The notes below the pieces were generated by a model. That model was not told where the DNA came from. It did no database searches and saw nothing but the letters and a program-made list of their open reading frames with translations. A stretch of DNA of 64,000 nucleotides. Origin: Klebsormidium nitens. Lineage: Eukaryota > Plantae > Klebsormidiophyceae. The DNA is taken from assembly GCA_000708835.1 (NCBI GenBank), contig DF237186.1, forward strand, positions 62,001-126,000, given 5' to 3'. Shown here piece after piece: positions 12,491 to 24,100 of this stretch (position 1 is the first letter of the stretch; every line of letters begins with the position of its first letter). The position numbers and the translations under genes are program-made.

Positions 12491-13325
12491 GGAGGCTGTG
12501 GTGGGGCTGCGGAAGGTTGCTATCCAGAGGGAACATGCAGTAGCCTGGATAGGTGAACTGTGAGGCAACGAGGTGCGTATACGAGGTGGTTGGAGAAGGT
12601 CGCGACGGGTGCCCCAAAAAGTGGGCACGTTGTGAGAGAGGTGGTGAAATGGGCACTATCATGTATGCCAATCTCAAGTTACGGTACATAAAGGTAGGAT
12701 GCGGGTGCGCATGCGGGTGTCGGAATTGTAGCCTGTCCACTGGCTCCTTAGATTCTCACATTTGTCCTCATGTAAAGGAAGGTAGGAAAACGAGCCTTGT
12801 AGATGTTGTCTTGCTACCTTCAGGTTATCGTCATAAGCATAGGTGTAGAGTATCCGGTTCTACCTAGCTAAACCCTTTTGCGTTGCGTAATAGGCCTTCC
12901 ATTAAGAAGACCTGCTTGTAATGATGTAAGAGTTCACCTTAAGATGTTTGTCCCCGTCGTGAGCATCATTTTGTTATGTAATTTAGCCTCTTGTGACAGG
13001 TCTTTGATGCTGCCACTTACTTTAGATTGGCATTACGCGTTCGCCGAAGTTGTTCGTGCACGCTTTGGCACATCATGAAGAAGGCGGTGGCTTAGTAGGA
13101 CCCCATTTGGGATGGGAGATCCTCACCTTTGTGCAGTGATCACAATCGCACATAACTTAGCTAGGTTTGTAAGCAAGACATTGTCTCATCGGGGTTGCTG
13201 CAATTGGTCAGATTAGAGAGCATCTCCTTGACGTTGCAAACCCGGATCATAAAATCGGGGCCAAGTCAGGGGGACCAAACGCCCCAGGTAAATAGGTTAG
13301 CAACATGAACAGTGTTCCAGCAGCC

Positions 13326-13423
13326 AAACGGCTTATTGCCCGGAGCCGAAAACTGGTGGGATTGAACCTCCACAGGGTCACCTTCGAAACCCCATGGTTT
13401 CGTGTCCGGGCAAAACGCCGTTT
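13326..13423. repeat. Intergenic inverted repeat / hairpin (19-bp arms, 17/19 complementary)
   Basis: aaacggcttattgcccgga (13326-13344) pairs with tccgggcaaaacgccgttt (13405-13423). An inner hairpin cgaaacc-ccat-ggtttcg lies at about 13385-13402. Confidence 0.7.
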
Positions 13424-14729
13424 AGGAGATGTAGAGGGCTGGTTTAGGTGGGTTTTACAGCCAAAAACACAGTAACCTTATTCTAACAGTCTTCTTAACC
13501 CTCCCCTCAGACCAACCGAGGACCGCATCGGCCTCGGGACATCAGAAATAAGCAATCTTGACCGTCAAAGTCAGGAAAATTTCTCATCTGACGGTGCGGA
13601 ACATGGTTCGCGGACTTTGCGTGGTGTTTGGTCCCCCTGGGCCAAGTCTACTAATACGATGTTGAATATCCGGGCAACTAATTGGCGATACGTGCTGTGG
13701 TTCTTTGACATTGCATTGTAATTGTAACTTGTAAGTTTAATGTTGAGGCCTATCATCATTGACTCCATTGAACGGCCTAATGTTGCATGGTGCGCAAACT
13801 TTTCACGACGCCATACAAATAATGGCATCGATCAATAATTGCTTCGAATTCTGCATTAATGCATGGCGCGCGGCCAGAGCTAATTCAAAATTTAAATGAA
13901 GAATTATGTTTACGTTGTCGAAGGTTGAATACATTTGCTCCAATCTGTGGCGCTTCGACGAAAGAGGAGAGGCCTTTAATATGAATTATTACAACCATGA
14001 GCCTGAGGCCGGGCACTTTTCGCCGCGTCTGCTCTACCTGGATGGTGCCGGTACGTACCCGTGTCACAGGGCCCAAACATGGGACAGTGGACACGTACCA
14101 GCGGGACTTGGTTGTGTACACTGTACAGACCTAGCAGGGCGCCCGCCCGTCAGCAGTGTGAATCAAAGACGATTCACAGCAGGTCACTCATTTTTGACAC
14201 TCTCTCGGAAGCCCCCCGCCTCAATGGTGTCGCTGTTACATTTTCAAACTCGACCGGTATCGTACCGAGGAAGAGTTCACCCGGAGCACCGTACAGTACA
14301 GCTCAAACCAGTACCCCTCCGGTACCGTACCTAACGGTCGGAGACTTGAAGTTTCGTTTTGACCCGCGCGCGCTTGACTGGAACTTGATCGAGTTGTGTT
14401 CAGGTCAGCTGACCAGTCTCCGCCTTGAACTTGAAGTTGAAGTTGCATGAACATTATGATTCAGGTTCTCTGCATTGGTCTCATTTTGGAGTGCCCAGCT
14501 TTCTTGGAAGGAGGCGGCCATGCGGATCAGTCCACAATTCATATGCAGCAAGGGACACGGATCAAGCGTCTTCATTTGCCTCTTGCAAGAGTTGGAGGCC
14601 ACATCGAAAAATATCTGATCGGAGAGGATCAACAGGGTTTCCATCAGTCGCAACAGGCAAAGGTGTCGGATCATGCTTCACCGCATTTGGTCCCGGTGAC
14701 GAAGTCTTCTCCCTAAAAGGGTCCTGGCG

Positions 14730-17700
14730 ATGGGGTCCGCTTCGTTGGCGGCAGGCGCTTGGGCGAAACCCTTGTCGCCAGAGAAGGCCATGCGCGCCGA
14801 CCGCTGCGACTCCTCACCCTCCTGCAGTTACTCCGCACTTCCCTTCCCCCAAGGACAACGGAACCTCAAACCCTTAAAGCTTCCGCAGCGGAAATTGTTC
14901 TCTCCCCCCCCCCTGGACAGGGCCCCCAGAGTTCCCCCCACAAAGGTCCATCTCTCGGACCCCCTCTGGTCGCAGCCGGGGGGCGGGCACGACTCAGATG
15001 ACGAGTCGGAGCCCTCCCCCCGGGGGTGGAGGTCGATCGATGATGGGATGGGGCTTAACCCCCTGGCGGCGCAGCAAGTGCAGTGGTTCCGTTCGACGTG
15101 GCCGTACATTCAGGGGCATCGGGGGAGCACGTTCGTGATTGTCTTGCCGGGGGAGGTGTCGCGCGACAAGCAGGTGTTGGATGGATTTCTGCAGGACGTT
15201 GCGCTGTTGCACGGATTGGGGGTCAAGATCCTGCTCGTGTGTGGGTCGCAGTCGCAGATCGACGATCTGCTGCACCAGAAAGGTGGGCTCGCATGCGCCG
15301 TTTGGGTTTTTGATGCAATGATTTAGTAACCTTGGGACCGGTTGCGATTCTGAGAAGAATGGTGCGTCCTGTTTAATAGGTGGGATGCTCATCATGTAGT
15401 TACTGCATGTGCTTTGAAATGCTGGGGCTTGAAGTGAGCACATTGTACCTGGAACTCGGGCTGCTGCCTTGAAATGTATTGTCCTTCTCGCATGCGCCTT
15501 GCCCATCACGCATCTTGGAGTTGAGTATCTTGCAACAGAAAGCTTGTTGTTATGTAATTGCTTTCACCGGCACCTCGTTGAGGTTGCTGTTTCTGGCATA
15601 GGAACCAGAATTGTGCTTTGATTGGCCACAATGTTGTGCAGTTTGGCATGACTATGCTCCGACTCTTTTCATTGTGAACCTGATTGCTTGATGCCAGATT
15701 TTGACCATGATCCGGCCGAGCTTTGACTTTCTGCTCTTGGCCCACGCTTTCCTTATGCTGAGCACTATTCCCCCTGTACTAGCCACACAACAGCTAGGAT
15801 TAACCCCTTTCATTGGCCCCCGTTCTTCCTGTAAACCCCATGATCTTACATCACCGTAAAATGTAGGATCACATTTTAGGGTATAAGCGTCGCTTCTTTG
15901 GAAGCAACGCACTTTTCTGCCTTTAAGCTTCGCTGAGCTACCATGCATTCTCTGGGTGTGCCTTCACGATTTCAAGGTGCCAACTTGTTGGAAATCCAAA
16001 AGGAAGATTGTATGGACTCTCCGCTGCATGCTTGTGTGGGCAAGGTCGTTATGACCTCCAAAAGAGGTCTGTGAAAAGATGGGAGGAATTGGTCTCAGTT
16101 CGGTTTCTTTTTGCAGCCATCAACTGTGATCTGGGTTTTCTACAAGCATTTTGAAACAGCTGCAAGCAGGACGCGGCGCTTCTTTCAGTGTCCCAGAAAC
16201 TTGGGAGGACTGCGGCCAGGGTCTTGTTCAGATAGTTCTGGCTTGCTTGCTTTGATATGGATCCGGGGAGTGGACCTGACTTTCTTGAACAGACTCACAT
16301 TGGAGCACTTAACTGCTCTTACAAAGAGAGTCGCACCGGTCTTAGAAAGCCAGCTGTGGAGCCTGGAGCCTGGAGCCTGGTTCATCCGATTGCAAAAGTG
16401 TGGATCCAGACAGAGGGAAACATGAGAAGGAAAGAAGCAAGCCCGGGCTAGTCTTTGGGAAGCACTTTTTATCTCCTAGCTTCCAAGCCTGGCAGAACTC
16501 TCGTTGAATGATGTCTACGGCCCTTTCTGCCTCCAAAGCTGTGCTACCACACAGATATGTGCATCTAGCAACACCCAAGCGCTCTGACCAAAATCGTTTC
16601 CCGCCACAGGCCTCCAGCCGCGCTTTGTGGGCGCATACCGTGTGACCGACACCGAGGCGCTCGAGGCGGCCATGGAAGCATCGGGCCGCATCCGGCTTAA
16701 GATCGAGGCCAAGCTCTCGCGTGGGCCGTCGATCCCGTCCATCCGACGGCACGGAGAGAACGAGCGGTGGCACGAGATGGGCGTCTCGGTCGCGAGCGGA
16801 AACTTTGTCGCGGCAAAACGGCGGGGGATCATTGGCGGCGTTGATTACGGCAACACGGGGGAGGTGAAACGGGTGGATGTCGCGAGGATCAAGGAGCGAC
16901 TGAACTCGGGGTGCGTCGTGGTTTTGAGCAACCTGGGGTATACGGCGGCGGGCGAGGTGCTCAATTGCAAGTGAGTGGACCGTTTGGTGAATCGGTACTC
17001 CCCGAAAGTTAATGTTTTGATGTTTTATTGGGGTGTCAAACAGCCTGAAGTCTTACCTAGGAGGAGGTGCTTGATTGCAAGTTCGTGGGCAGACCGGTTC
17101 ACTGACACTGGTTGCGACCAGTGATCTTCCTGAGTTAGTCGTTGTGACGTTTTATTTGCGGTGTCAAACGGACTCGGGTGTATCCTGGGATGACCGAAAG
17201 CATGACAGGACCAAAGGTCCCGAATCTCTGAAAAAAGTTCCGAGTCTTTCCCTCGGACTGGTGTCAATCCTCCAGTCTTCACACTGCCTGCGAGATAAGG
17301 ATAGCGTTTGCACTGTCAAAAGCGTCATCAAAGTCGTTTTCGACATCCCTCACTCAATTGCAGGTTCTTGATCATCCTCGAGGTATCAATCCAGCTCTTT
17401 GTTCGTTTTTGCAACGCATATGAGGTGGCGACCGTTTTGCTGGGACCTTCGTGGGGGCTGATAGATTGCCGTGCATATATTGCTGAGCCCCTTGAGTTGA
17501 CTGTAAATTCAAGTATTTCCCATACTTTGCCTCACTTGTATATCAACCCGCCTTTCGACCCCCATCTTTCGCAGCGCGTACGAGGTAGCGACTGCTGCGG
17601 CAAATGCTTTGGGGGCCAACAAAATGCTGTACGTGTTGCTTAATTCCTCAGTCAAGTTGGAACCTGCATAGAAACTCGGTTGTAGCTTCATTCACTCAAA

Positions 17701-19606
17701 CTGATTCCAGTCGAATGATGATACTAATCCGACTTTTACCCCCAACGTTGCAGCGCGTACGAGGTAGCGACTGCCGCGGCAACGGCTTTGGGGGCCGACA
17801 AAATGCTGTGCATGCTGGACGGTTCCGTTTTCGACGACAACGGGCGCCTCCTCCGGTGGATGACGTTGCAAGAGGCCGATTCGCTCGTTCGGGAACGCGC
17901 GGAAACGTCCGGCGCAGCCGCAAACTACGTCGACCTCATGAAAGGCCCCCCGTGCATTACGCTGTTGAGCGGACCGGGCTATGGGAAGACGCTTGATCTG
18001 GATGAGAAAGTTTACACCAACGGGCGGCGTGTGAATGGGGCCAGTGAGAACGGGCGCGGTGTGAATGGGGGCAGTGTGAACGGCGCCAGTGTGAATGGGG
18101 CCAGTGTGAATGGGGCCAGTATGAATGGAGCAGGTGCGAATGGGGCTGGCGCAAACGGGGCGGAGGAGCTGTGCGACTTGAGTGAGGAGTGCGCGACGGG
18201 ACACGCTCTGATAAACGGGATGAACGGAATGAACGGAATGACCGGAATCGAGGCTGGGGGCTTCTCCCAGGCGGGCCAGATCCTCACGGACGCAAACGGG
18301 AACGTGTACAAAACGACCCCCTGGAAACGGGGGTTCCCGGTCAAAGGCGGCGACCGCCTCGAGGGGGGGGACGGTTACCTGGCCGAGTTGGCAGCAGCCG
18401 TGTATGCGTGCAAGGGGGGGGTCCGGCGCGTGCACCTGGTCGACGCCACGGTGGGGGGGTCGCTTTTGCTGGAGCTATACACCCGGGACGGGATTGGGAC
18501 GATGATCTCCAGCGACTTGTACGAGGGCACCCGGGGCGCGACGAGCCGGGACCTGGTTTGGATCCAGGGTTTGCTCAAACCGCTGGAAGACGACGGGATT
18601 CTGGTGAAGCGGTCGGAGGAGCAGATGACGGAAGACCTGCCGTATTTCACGGTGGTCGAGCGCGACGGGGCCGTGATTGCGTGTGCGGCGCTGTTTCCGT
18701 TGCCGGGGGGGCGGTGCGCGGAGGTGGCGGCGTTTGCGGTCGCGCCGGAGTGCCGGGGGCACGGCCGGGGGGACAATCTGCTGGGTGAGATAGCCCCCTA
18801 GGAAACCCCCAATTTGAATCTCGCACGAATGATGAGTCCTGCTGTGAACGCAAGAAACGGTAGAGGAGGACCCCCGCTTTTGAAACAAATGTGATCTGAT
18901 TCAGCGGCATCAGGCCTAGAATCGGGTGCGGCGGTGGCTGGCAATCTGTGTAGATTCGTTTGGGACAACCCTCTTCCCCCTCTTTGGATCTGCCCACTTG
19001 GGATACTAGGTCCGTTTTCTGTTCTCCGAAATTTCATCTGGAAATCGATCTTCGCACACTCAAGAGAAAGCAACTTTCTTCCATCTCACGCTTCCTTGCG
19101 TTTGTCAGCTCGTCTGAGCGTTCCGGCCGCAGTCCGGAGTAGTCTTAGAAAGGCTTTGCTCAACACCGGCCAAACCCACCCTTACGCTAAACCCACACCT
19201 TATGCTACACTTACACCTATGCTAAGCCCACCCTTTTCCGATGTGCATACTACTTGGAGAAGAAGCCGACGGCGCCGGTTCGTTTCAGCAATTTTGACAT
19301 TGTCTCGTTCAAAACCTTTTCGAACCCACACCTTGTGCTAAACCCACCTTTCTTTTCCGGGCAGATTACTTGGAAAAGAAGGCGATGGCACTCGGCCTCG
19401 AGCGCCTAGTTCTGCTCACCACGCGCACCGCCGACTGGTTCATGCAGCGCGGCTTTGTGGAGGGGTCCTTGGGGGACCTTCCCCCCGAGCGGCGCGCGCG
19501 CGTCAACACGTCCCGGGGCTCCAAGGTGTTTGTCAAGGAGCTCAACGATGTCGGGTCGCCCCGCTCTAGTTACGGCACCGATGCGCGGTTCAGCGCCCGG
19601 GTTTAG
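14730..19606 (+). CDS. NAGS: Plastid N-acetylglutamate synthase (amino-acid acetyltransferase; AAK + GNAT domains), about 728 aa, 4 exons
   Basis: Exons 14730-15282, 16610-16970, 17754-18784, 19365-19606. Motifs QWFRSTWPYIQGHRGSTFVI, FVGAYRVTD, GNFVAAKRRG, GVDYGNTGEVKRVD, YLAELAAAVYACKGGVRRVHLVD, LLLELYTRDGIGTM, RGHGRGDNLL, LLTTRTADWFMQRGF. The Ser/Pro-rich N-terminus resembles a transit peptide. Confidence 0.96.
16955..17375 (+). repeat. Decaying copies of NAGS exon-2 end + donor
   Basis: gaggtgctcaattgcaa|gtgagtgg (donor 16971) versus gaggtgcttgattgcaa|gttcgtgg (17081) and ctcaattgcag|gttc (about 17364). The intronic part tgatgttttattggggtgtcaaac is repeated as tgacgttttatttgcggtgtcaaac. 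Confidence 0.75.
17395..17820 (+). repeat. Three tandem copies of NAGS exon-3 acceptor + exon start (160 and 179 bp periods)
   Basis: gcaa|cgcatatgaggtggcgacc (17415, AG lost); gcag|cgcgtacgaggtagcgactgctgcggcaaatgctttgggggccaacaaaatgctg (17575); functional gcag|cgcgtacgaggtagcgactgccgcggcaacggctttgggggccgacaaaatgctg (17754). Confidence 0.9.
18019..18246 (+). repeat. Coding minisatellite in NAGS: 10 x 15-nt (NGxxx) plus 3 x 9-nt (NGM) repeats
   Basis: Asn-Gly codons start exactly every 15 nt from 18019 to 18154 (NGRRV NGASE NGRGV NGGSV NGASV NGASV NGASM NGAGA NGAGA NGAEE). NGM x3 follows at 18214, 18223 and 18232. Confidence 0.92.
19170..19400 (+). repeat. 17-18 bp intronic minisatellite plus echo of NAGS exon-4 start
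   Basis: aaacccac(a)cctta(c/t)gct-like unit about 4 times at 19171-19235 and again at about 19322-19348. tacttggagaagaagccgacggcgcc (about 19251) echoes the exon start attacttggaaaagaaggcgatggcact (19365). Confidence 0.75.
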
Positions 19607-21101
19607 GCCGGCTGTGCTTGGTAGCTCGTTGGTGCGCGGGGAGTGAACTTGATTTGCAGTAACCCCGGGAGTTTTAGAGTGCCCGGGGCGTAAATATGGG
19701 GTAATGGTAAGAGTTGGTGGGTAGATTGTGGGGTTAAGATCGCCCCGCTCTGATTATGATTTGTTGGGTCGATGCTTCCACATAAACTGGCGTGCCCTGA
19801 GCGTTTGGGTTGGGGATCGCCGTATGGGGGCCTCTGATTGTGTTTCTGATCGTAATAATCAATGAACATTTTGGTCCTAAGTGCTCCTTTTGGGGGGAAA
19901 GAAAGGGCACTTGCATGGCAATCTAGCTGTGTAGGACGGAGCTTGATAACGGAGGGTACGGACGGTGGGAGTTACTCCACATGCGGTGGCTGCAGACGGG
20001 TTCGAATTGGACGTGATAAAGGATAGGCGTTACTTACATATTGATTGCTGTGGTCGAATTTCCGTTACTTGTACAGACAAGCAAGACAGACTAAGCCAAA
20101 GCTGTGATCGTGTCAATCAGTTTAGTAAATATTATCATCAGGTTAGAACCTAGTTCTACTGGCTCCCCCTTCATTGAATGCATCTATTGATGTTTAAATC
20201 TTCTGCCAGGAGGTTCGCTATGTCTTGCGGTACAGTGCTGCTTGTTGCCCAAGTTGTCTAGCTAAGTACCTAGTAAGACGCTATAGCTACACTGATGCCC
20301 TCAGTCCCTCAAAACTTTTAAGATTGTGATGATGGCCGCAGAATTTCTGATCATGCACTAGACGGTTCATGTGTGCTACTAACCATGCCGGCGTAGCACC
20401 CCTCTTGGCCGCAAGCTGGCCGGCGGTCCATGACGCGGACGATCGATATAAACCGCGGTGTTGAGAACGTACATGCAACTGTCTATGTTTCTATATATGC
20501 ACATGTGCCAGCGCGCCCGGCTCATGCATGTTAGTACCCGATCATCCAATGAATAGCTTTGATCATCTGCTCATGGCGGGCCGGCGGCCGTCCCAGCTAC
20601 TAAGCCTGGAGACGGTACCTGCAGTGCGTCTCCAATGATGGGCCCCCGGCAACATTGGCAACATGCTCAGTGTCACTCGGTCAACCAAACAGGCCGGCCT
20701 GCATGCATGTATACGACCGTTACATATGCGTGCAGTTCGAGTCGACGTATGGAGCCTTGCGAATTTCAAAGGACAAATAAACCTAAGGTGAACTCGCGCT
20801 AATCTGGTCTTGGTATCTATGAATCATATTGGAAGGTGTGCGAGTGCGCATGACGATTGTTTATGGTCACTTATAGGCCTCAAGACGGAAGGTCGACAAT
20901 CCCCGTATAAGCTCACATTTACAGGTTATAGGCTATGCAAGTCCAGATTGAGAGCACTCGCCCGTGCTGGGCCTCGCAACAATCTCATATTACCTTGCAC
21001 ACGCACCTCTATCGTGGATACCTCAAAGAATCTTTACAAAAACGATCCATGCAACAGGATGCACCCAGATGCTAGCCCTTGAGCGACACATGCGTCGCTT
21101 T

Positions 21102-24100
21102 TTAAGCGACCTTTGGTACCAAAACCTTGAGGGCCCCGTCAGATGTGGTGGGCTTCGCTTCGGCCTTCGCTTGGTTGTCTTCTATCAAGTCCCGGAAACC
21201 GTAGCCGAGAGACGTCCCGGTCTCCTTGGCACTCTGCATCACAGAGCCGCGGAACTCAGTCCAAACGGGCGACAAACACGGGGTAAGCGTCCTCCACTCA
21301 GCGGGTTTTCATTTGACTTCTCGTCCGAGCAAGCAACCAAGCAACGAGGAGGGTTGAAAAGGCCAGGAGTGTTGGCGCCCGGATAAGCACCCAAGCTTGA
21401 GAGAGAAGTGCGTGGCTCGTGTTCTGGTGGCCGGTTGCAGGAGCACCGCAACCACAGGAATCAGTGCACTTACATAAAAAGCAAAGGTTCTCTGTCCCAG
21501 TTTTTGAACCGGGGGGGGTATTGCTGGCGGGACTGAACCGAGAGTGATCATCGGAGGTGCTTACCCTCGTCAGATCCTGAAGATGGAGCATCCGGTACTT
21601 GTTGATGGCCGTGGCAATCTCGTTCGGCGACCACTTCTCAGTGAACTGCACACAAGAAAAAGCCCGAGGGTCACGCCTATTAGCCGTAGGGGGAGTCCGT
21701 GGCCTTGAATGCCTTGCTGACGGGACAAGATTCCAAAATGAGAATCACTTACGACCGCTTGACTTCTGTTTTTACATGAGCAAGAGAGTTGGCGCCTCAA
21801 ACCGTTGAATCGTCCTAACCTGCGAACCCTGCCGAAGCGTTGCTCAGACTGAGCTATCTAAAAAGTAGTTCCAACTCAGCCACAATCCAAAGTCTGGAAC
21901 CCTACCGCAATCCATATTCCTTTGAAAGCCGAATCCTGCGCTAGCTCCCCAACTTCCAAATTGGATACCAAAGGAAACTCTCCAGAGCCCTAACCCCTGC
22001 ATATCCACAAGCCCTACGAAATCCATGAGCCCTGAAACAGAAACGTCGCCAGCTCACCGTCCCAAGGATCGCGGTAACCGAAAGATGTGGTTCAGACCCA
22101 CAATTCAAGAACCGACTGCGTCAAAACAAACCTCAGAACGAGCAAAGGACAGAAAAGCCATAAAACGTAAAACCTCGCCGGCTCACCGTCCCGAGGATAG
22201 CGGCCGCGAGTTGCAGGCTGGGCTCGAGCACCTCGGGCACCACGACGCGCGCGCCCGCGCGCTCGAGCACGACCCCGTGGTCGACGTCGTGCGCGCGCGC
22301 AAACACAGGCATGTGGGGGTCCATCTTGTGGATCTCGTACACGGTTCTGCAGGGGGTTAATGATAATCTTAAGCATCGTTTGAGGCCGGATTCATACTTG
22401 GACTAAGGTTCGCTTTGTCTCCAGGAAGGTGAAGTGTACTGCAAACACGGGCGTGTGAGGGTCCATCTTGTGCATCTCGTACCCGGTCTGCAGAGGAGGA
22501 AAAAGCTTGTTAACGATAATTTACGGCTTGGGTTAAGACTTTGCTTAAACTGGGAATGGTGGACGTGGTGTTACAACGGCAGGTAGAGTCGATCTTGTAG
22601 ATCTCGTACACGGTTTTGCGGAAAGGTTTTAATGAACTCGTCGAACATCGTTGACGGCTTCGGTTTACCGCTTGGGTCACGGTTGCTTAAACTGCAAGAA
22701 GTTGAAATATGTGCAAAACCAGCAGTTAAGAGTTCCATGTTGCGGATCTCGGACCCGGTCGTTGGAAGAGCTATAAACTCGTAATCGTCGCCTCCGATTC
22801 AGGTGCGATTACTCTCAAGAGACGTGCATTACGTTGTGTTGTGTTCGTCCATCTTGCTGATCTAGTACATCGTCCTGCGGCAGAGGTGGGTAAAATCATC
22901 AAATCATCGTCTACGACTGGTTTGGGGTTTATTTTTTATTAATGGGAGGGTTCAGAAGTGCAGTAACATCAGGTGGAGGTCCCTGCATTTCAACTGAATT
23001 TACGGCTTGATTAGAGGTTTGGTTCGAATTTAATATCCGTTGAAACGTCACCGGTAGATCTTTTTTGGGGAGGGGAGGTGAAGACTTTGTCCACCGGTCT
23101 GTTCAGCGGATGGAGAATCTCCTGAAGATACTCTGTAGGATTAAGGACAATATGAAGCAAGTCTTGTTCGTACCTGTACATGGCTGCTGGTGTGTCTAGC
23201 AGAACCACGACCGCCTTGGCCCGGCTGAGCCCCACTCGCTCAAGCACGTGCACGCTGCCCGCGTCACCGTAGAAGACCGGCAGGTCTGCCTCCCGCCCTG
23301 CGGCAACGCGCTCCCTGAAGAGCCAAAGAGAGGCGCTAGAGATTTCAAGCAGTGCTTTGTGTTCGCTCAAGACAGGGTGTGGAAACACTAGAATTGTGAG
23401 CAGCACATCTCAGAAGCCTTGGAACTTTCGAAACGTCGTGCTAAGTGCCAGAGTGTGCGGTTGAGATTGCAAGCATTGAGATCGAACTTAAAGTCCTGGA
23501 GAGAGACCAAGACATCTCGATTGTCGCTGAAAAGACGTTTATCTTTGCCTGGTCGTGTGAAGACCGAGCAAGGAGGGGTCGCAGGGTATTGAGCCCTTCC
23601 TGGTCAATTGAACCTACCGACGTCCTTACGCACTTCAGAGCGAGGAATTGAGCAGTAAAGCAGACAACATCAAAAGGATTGTCAAAATCTGCATCAATGG
23701 ACAAGTCCTGACAGCGCGAAAGTATCGAAGTCCGAGCAGCAGACGCATCTTGACGAGACAAAGGAAGCCGTTTGCGCGGCAGGGAGACGGCTACTCACGC
23801 CCGCATGTCGAGGACCACGAACGGAATCAGGTGCTCCGACAAGAACTGGGCGACCGTCTGCGAAAAAATCGACGGAAAAAGTTAGCTTCTGATGGCGTGC
23901 TTTTGTTGGTGGAATCATCCCAGGATACGCCATGTACTCTGAGCAACAGCAGCACGCTTCTTTTCCGCGCTGATCCACAAAGTCGAGACACATTTGCACT
24001 CCCTGAGCTGATTTTGTGGCTGCTCTCAGGGCAGCGGGGACGGGGAGTCAGGCCCCGTCAGATGCGGGATACATGAACGGATCAAACGCGGACGTACACA

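Noticed and set aside
13337-13411. Minus-strand resemblance to tRNA-Sec (starts GCCCGGA, contains GGTTCAATCCCACC, ends CCGGGC)
   Set aside because: No UCA anticodon arm or D-arm, and about 10 extra nt separate the T-arm-like word from the 3' stem. The matching ends are simply part of the longer inverted repeat.
13885-14716. ORFs of 78-150 aa upstream of NAGS
   Set aside because: No domain similarity, no coding-type codon bias, and no consistent splice path into NAGS (in-frame TGA at 14697 precedes ATG 14730).
22300-22930. Regularly spaced repeats suggesting a CRISPR-like array
   Set aside because: Eukaryotic intron context; units are diverged whole-unit duplicates of an exon edge, not identical repeats with unique spacers; no cas genes.
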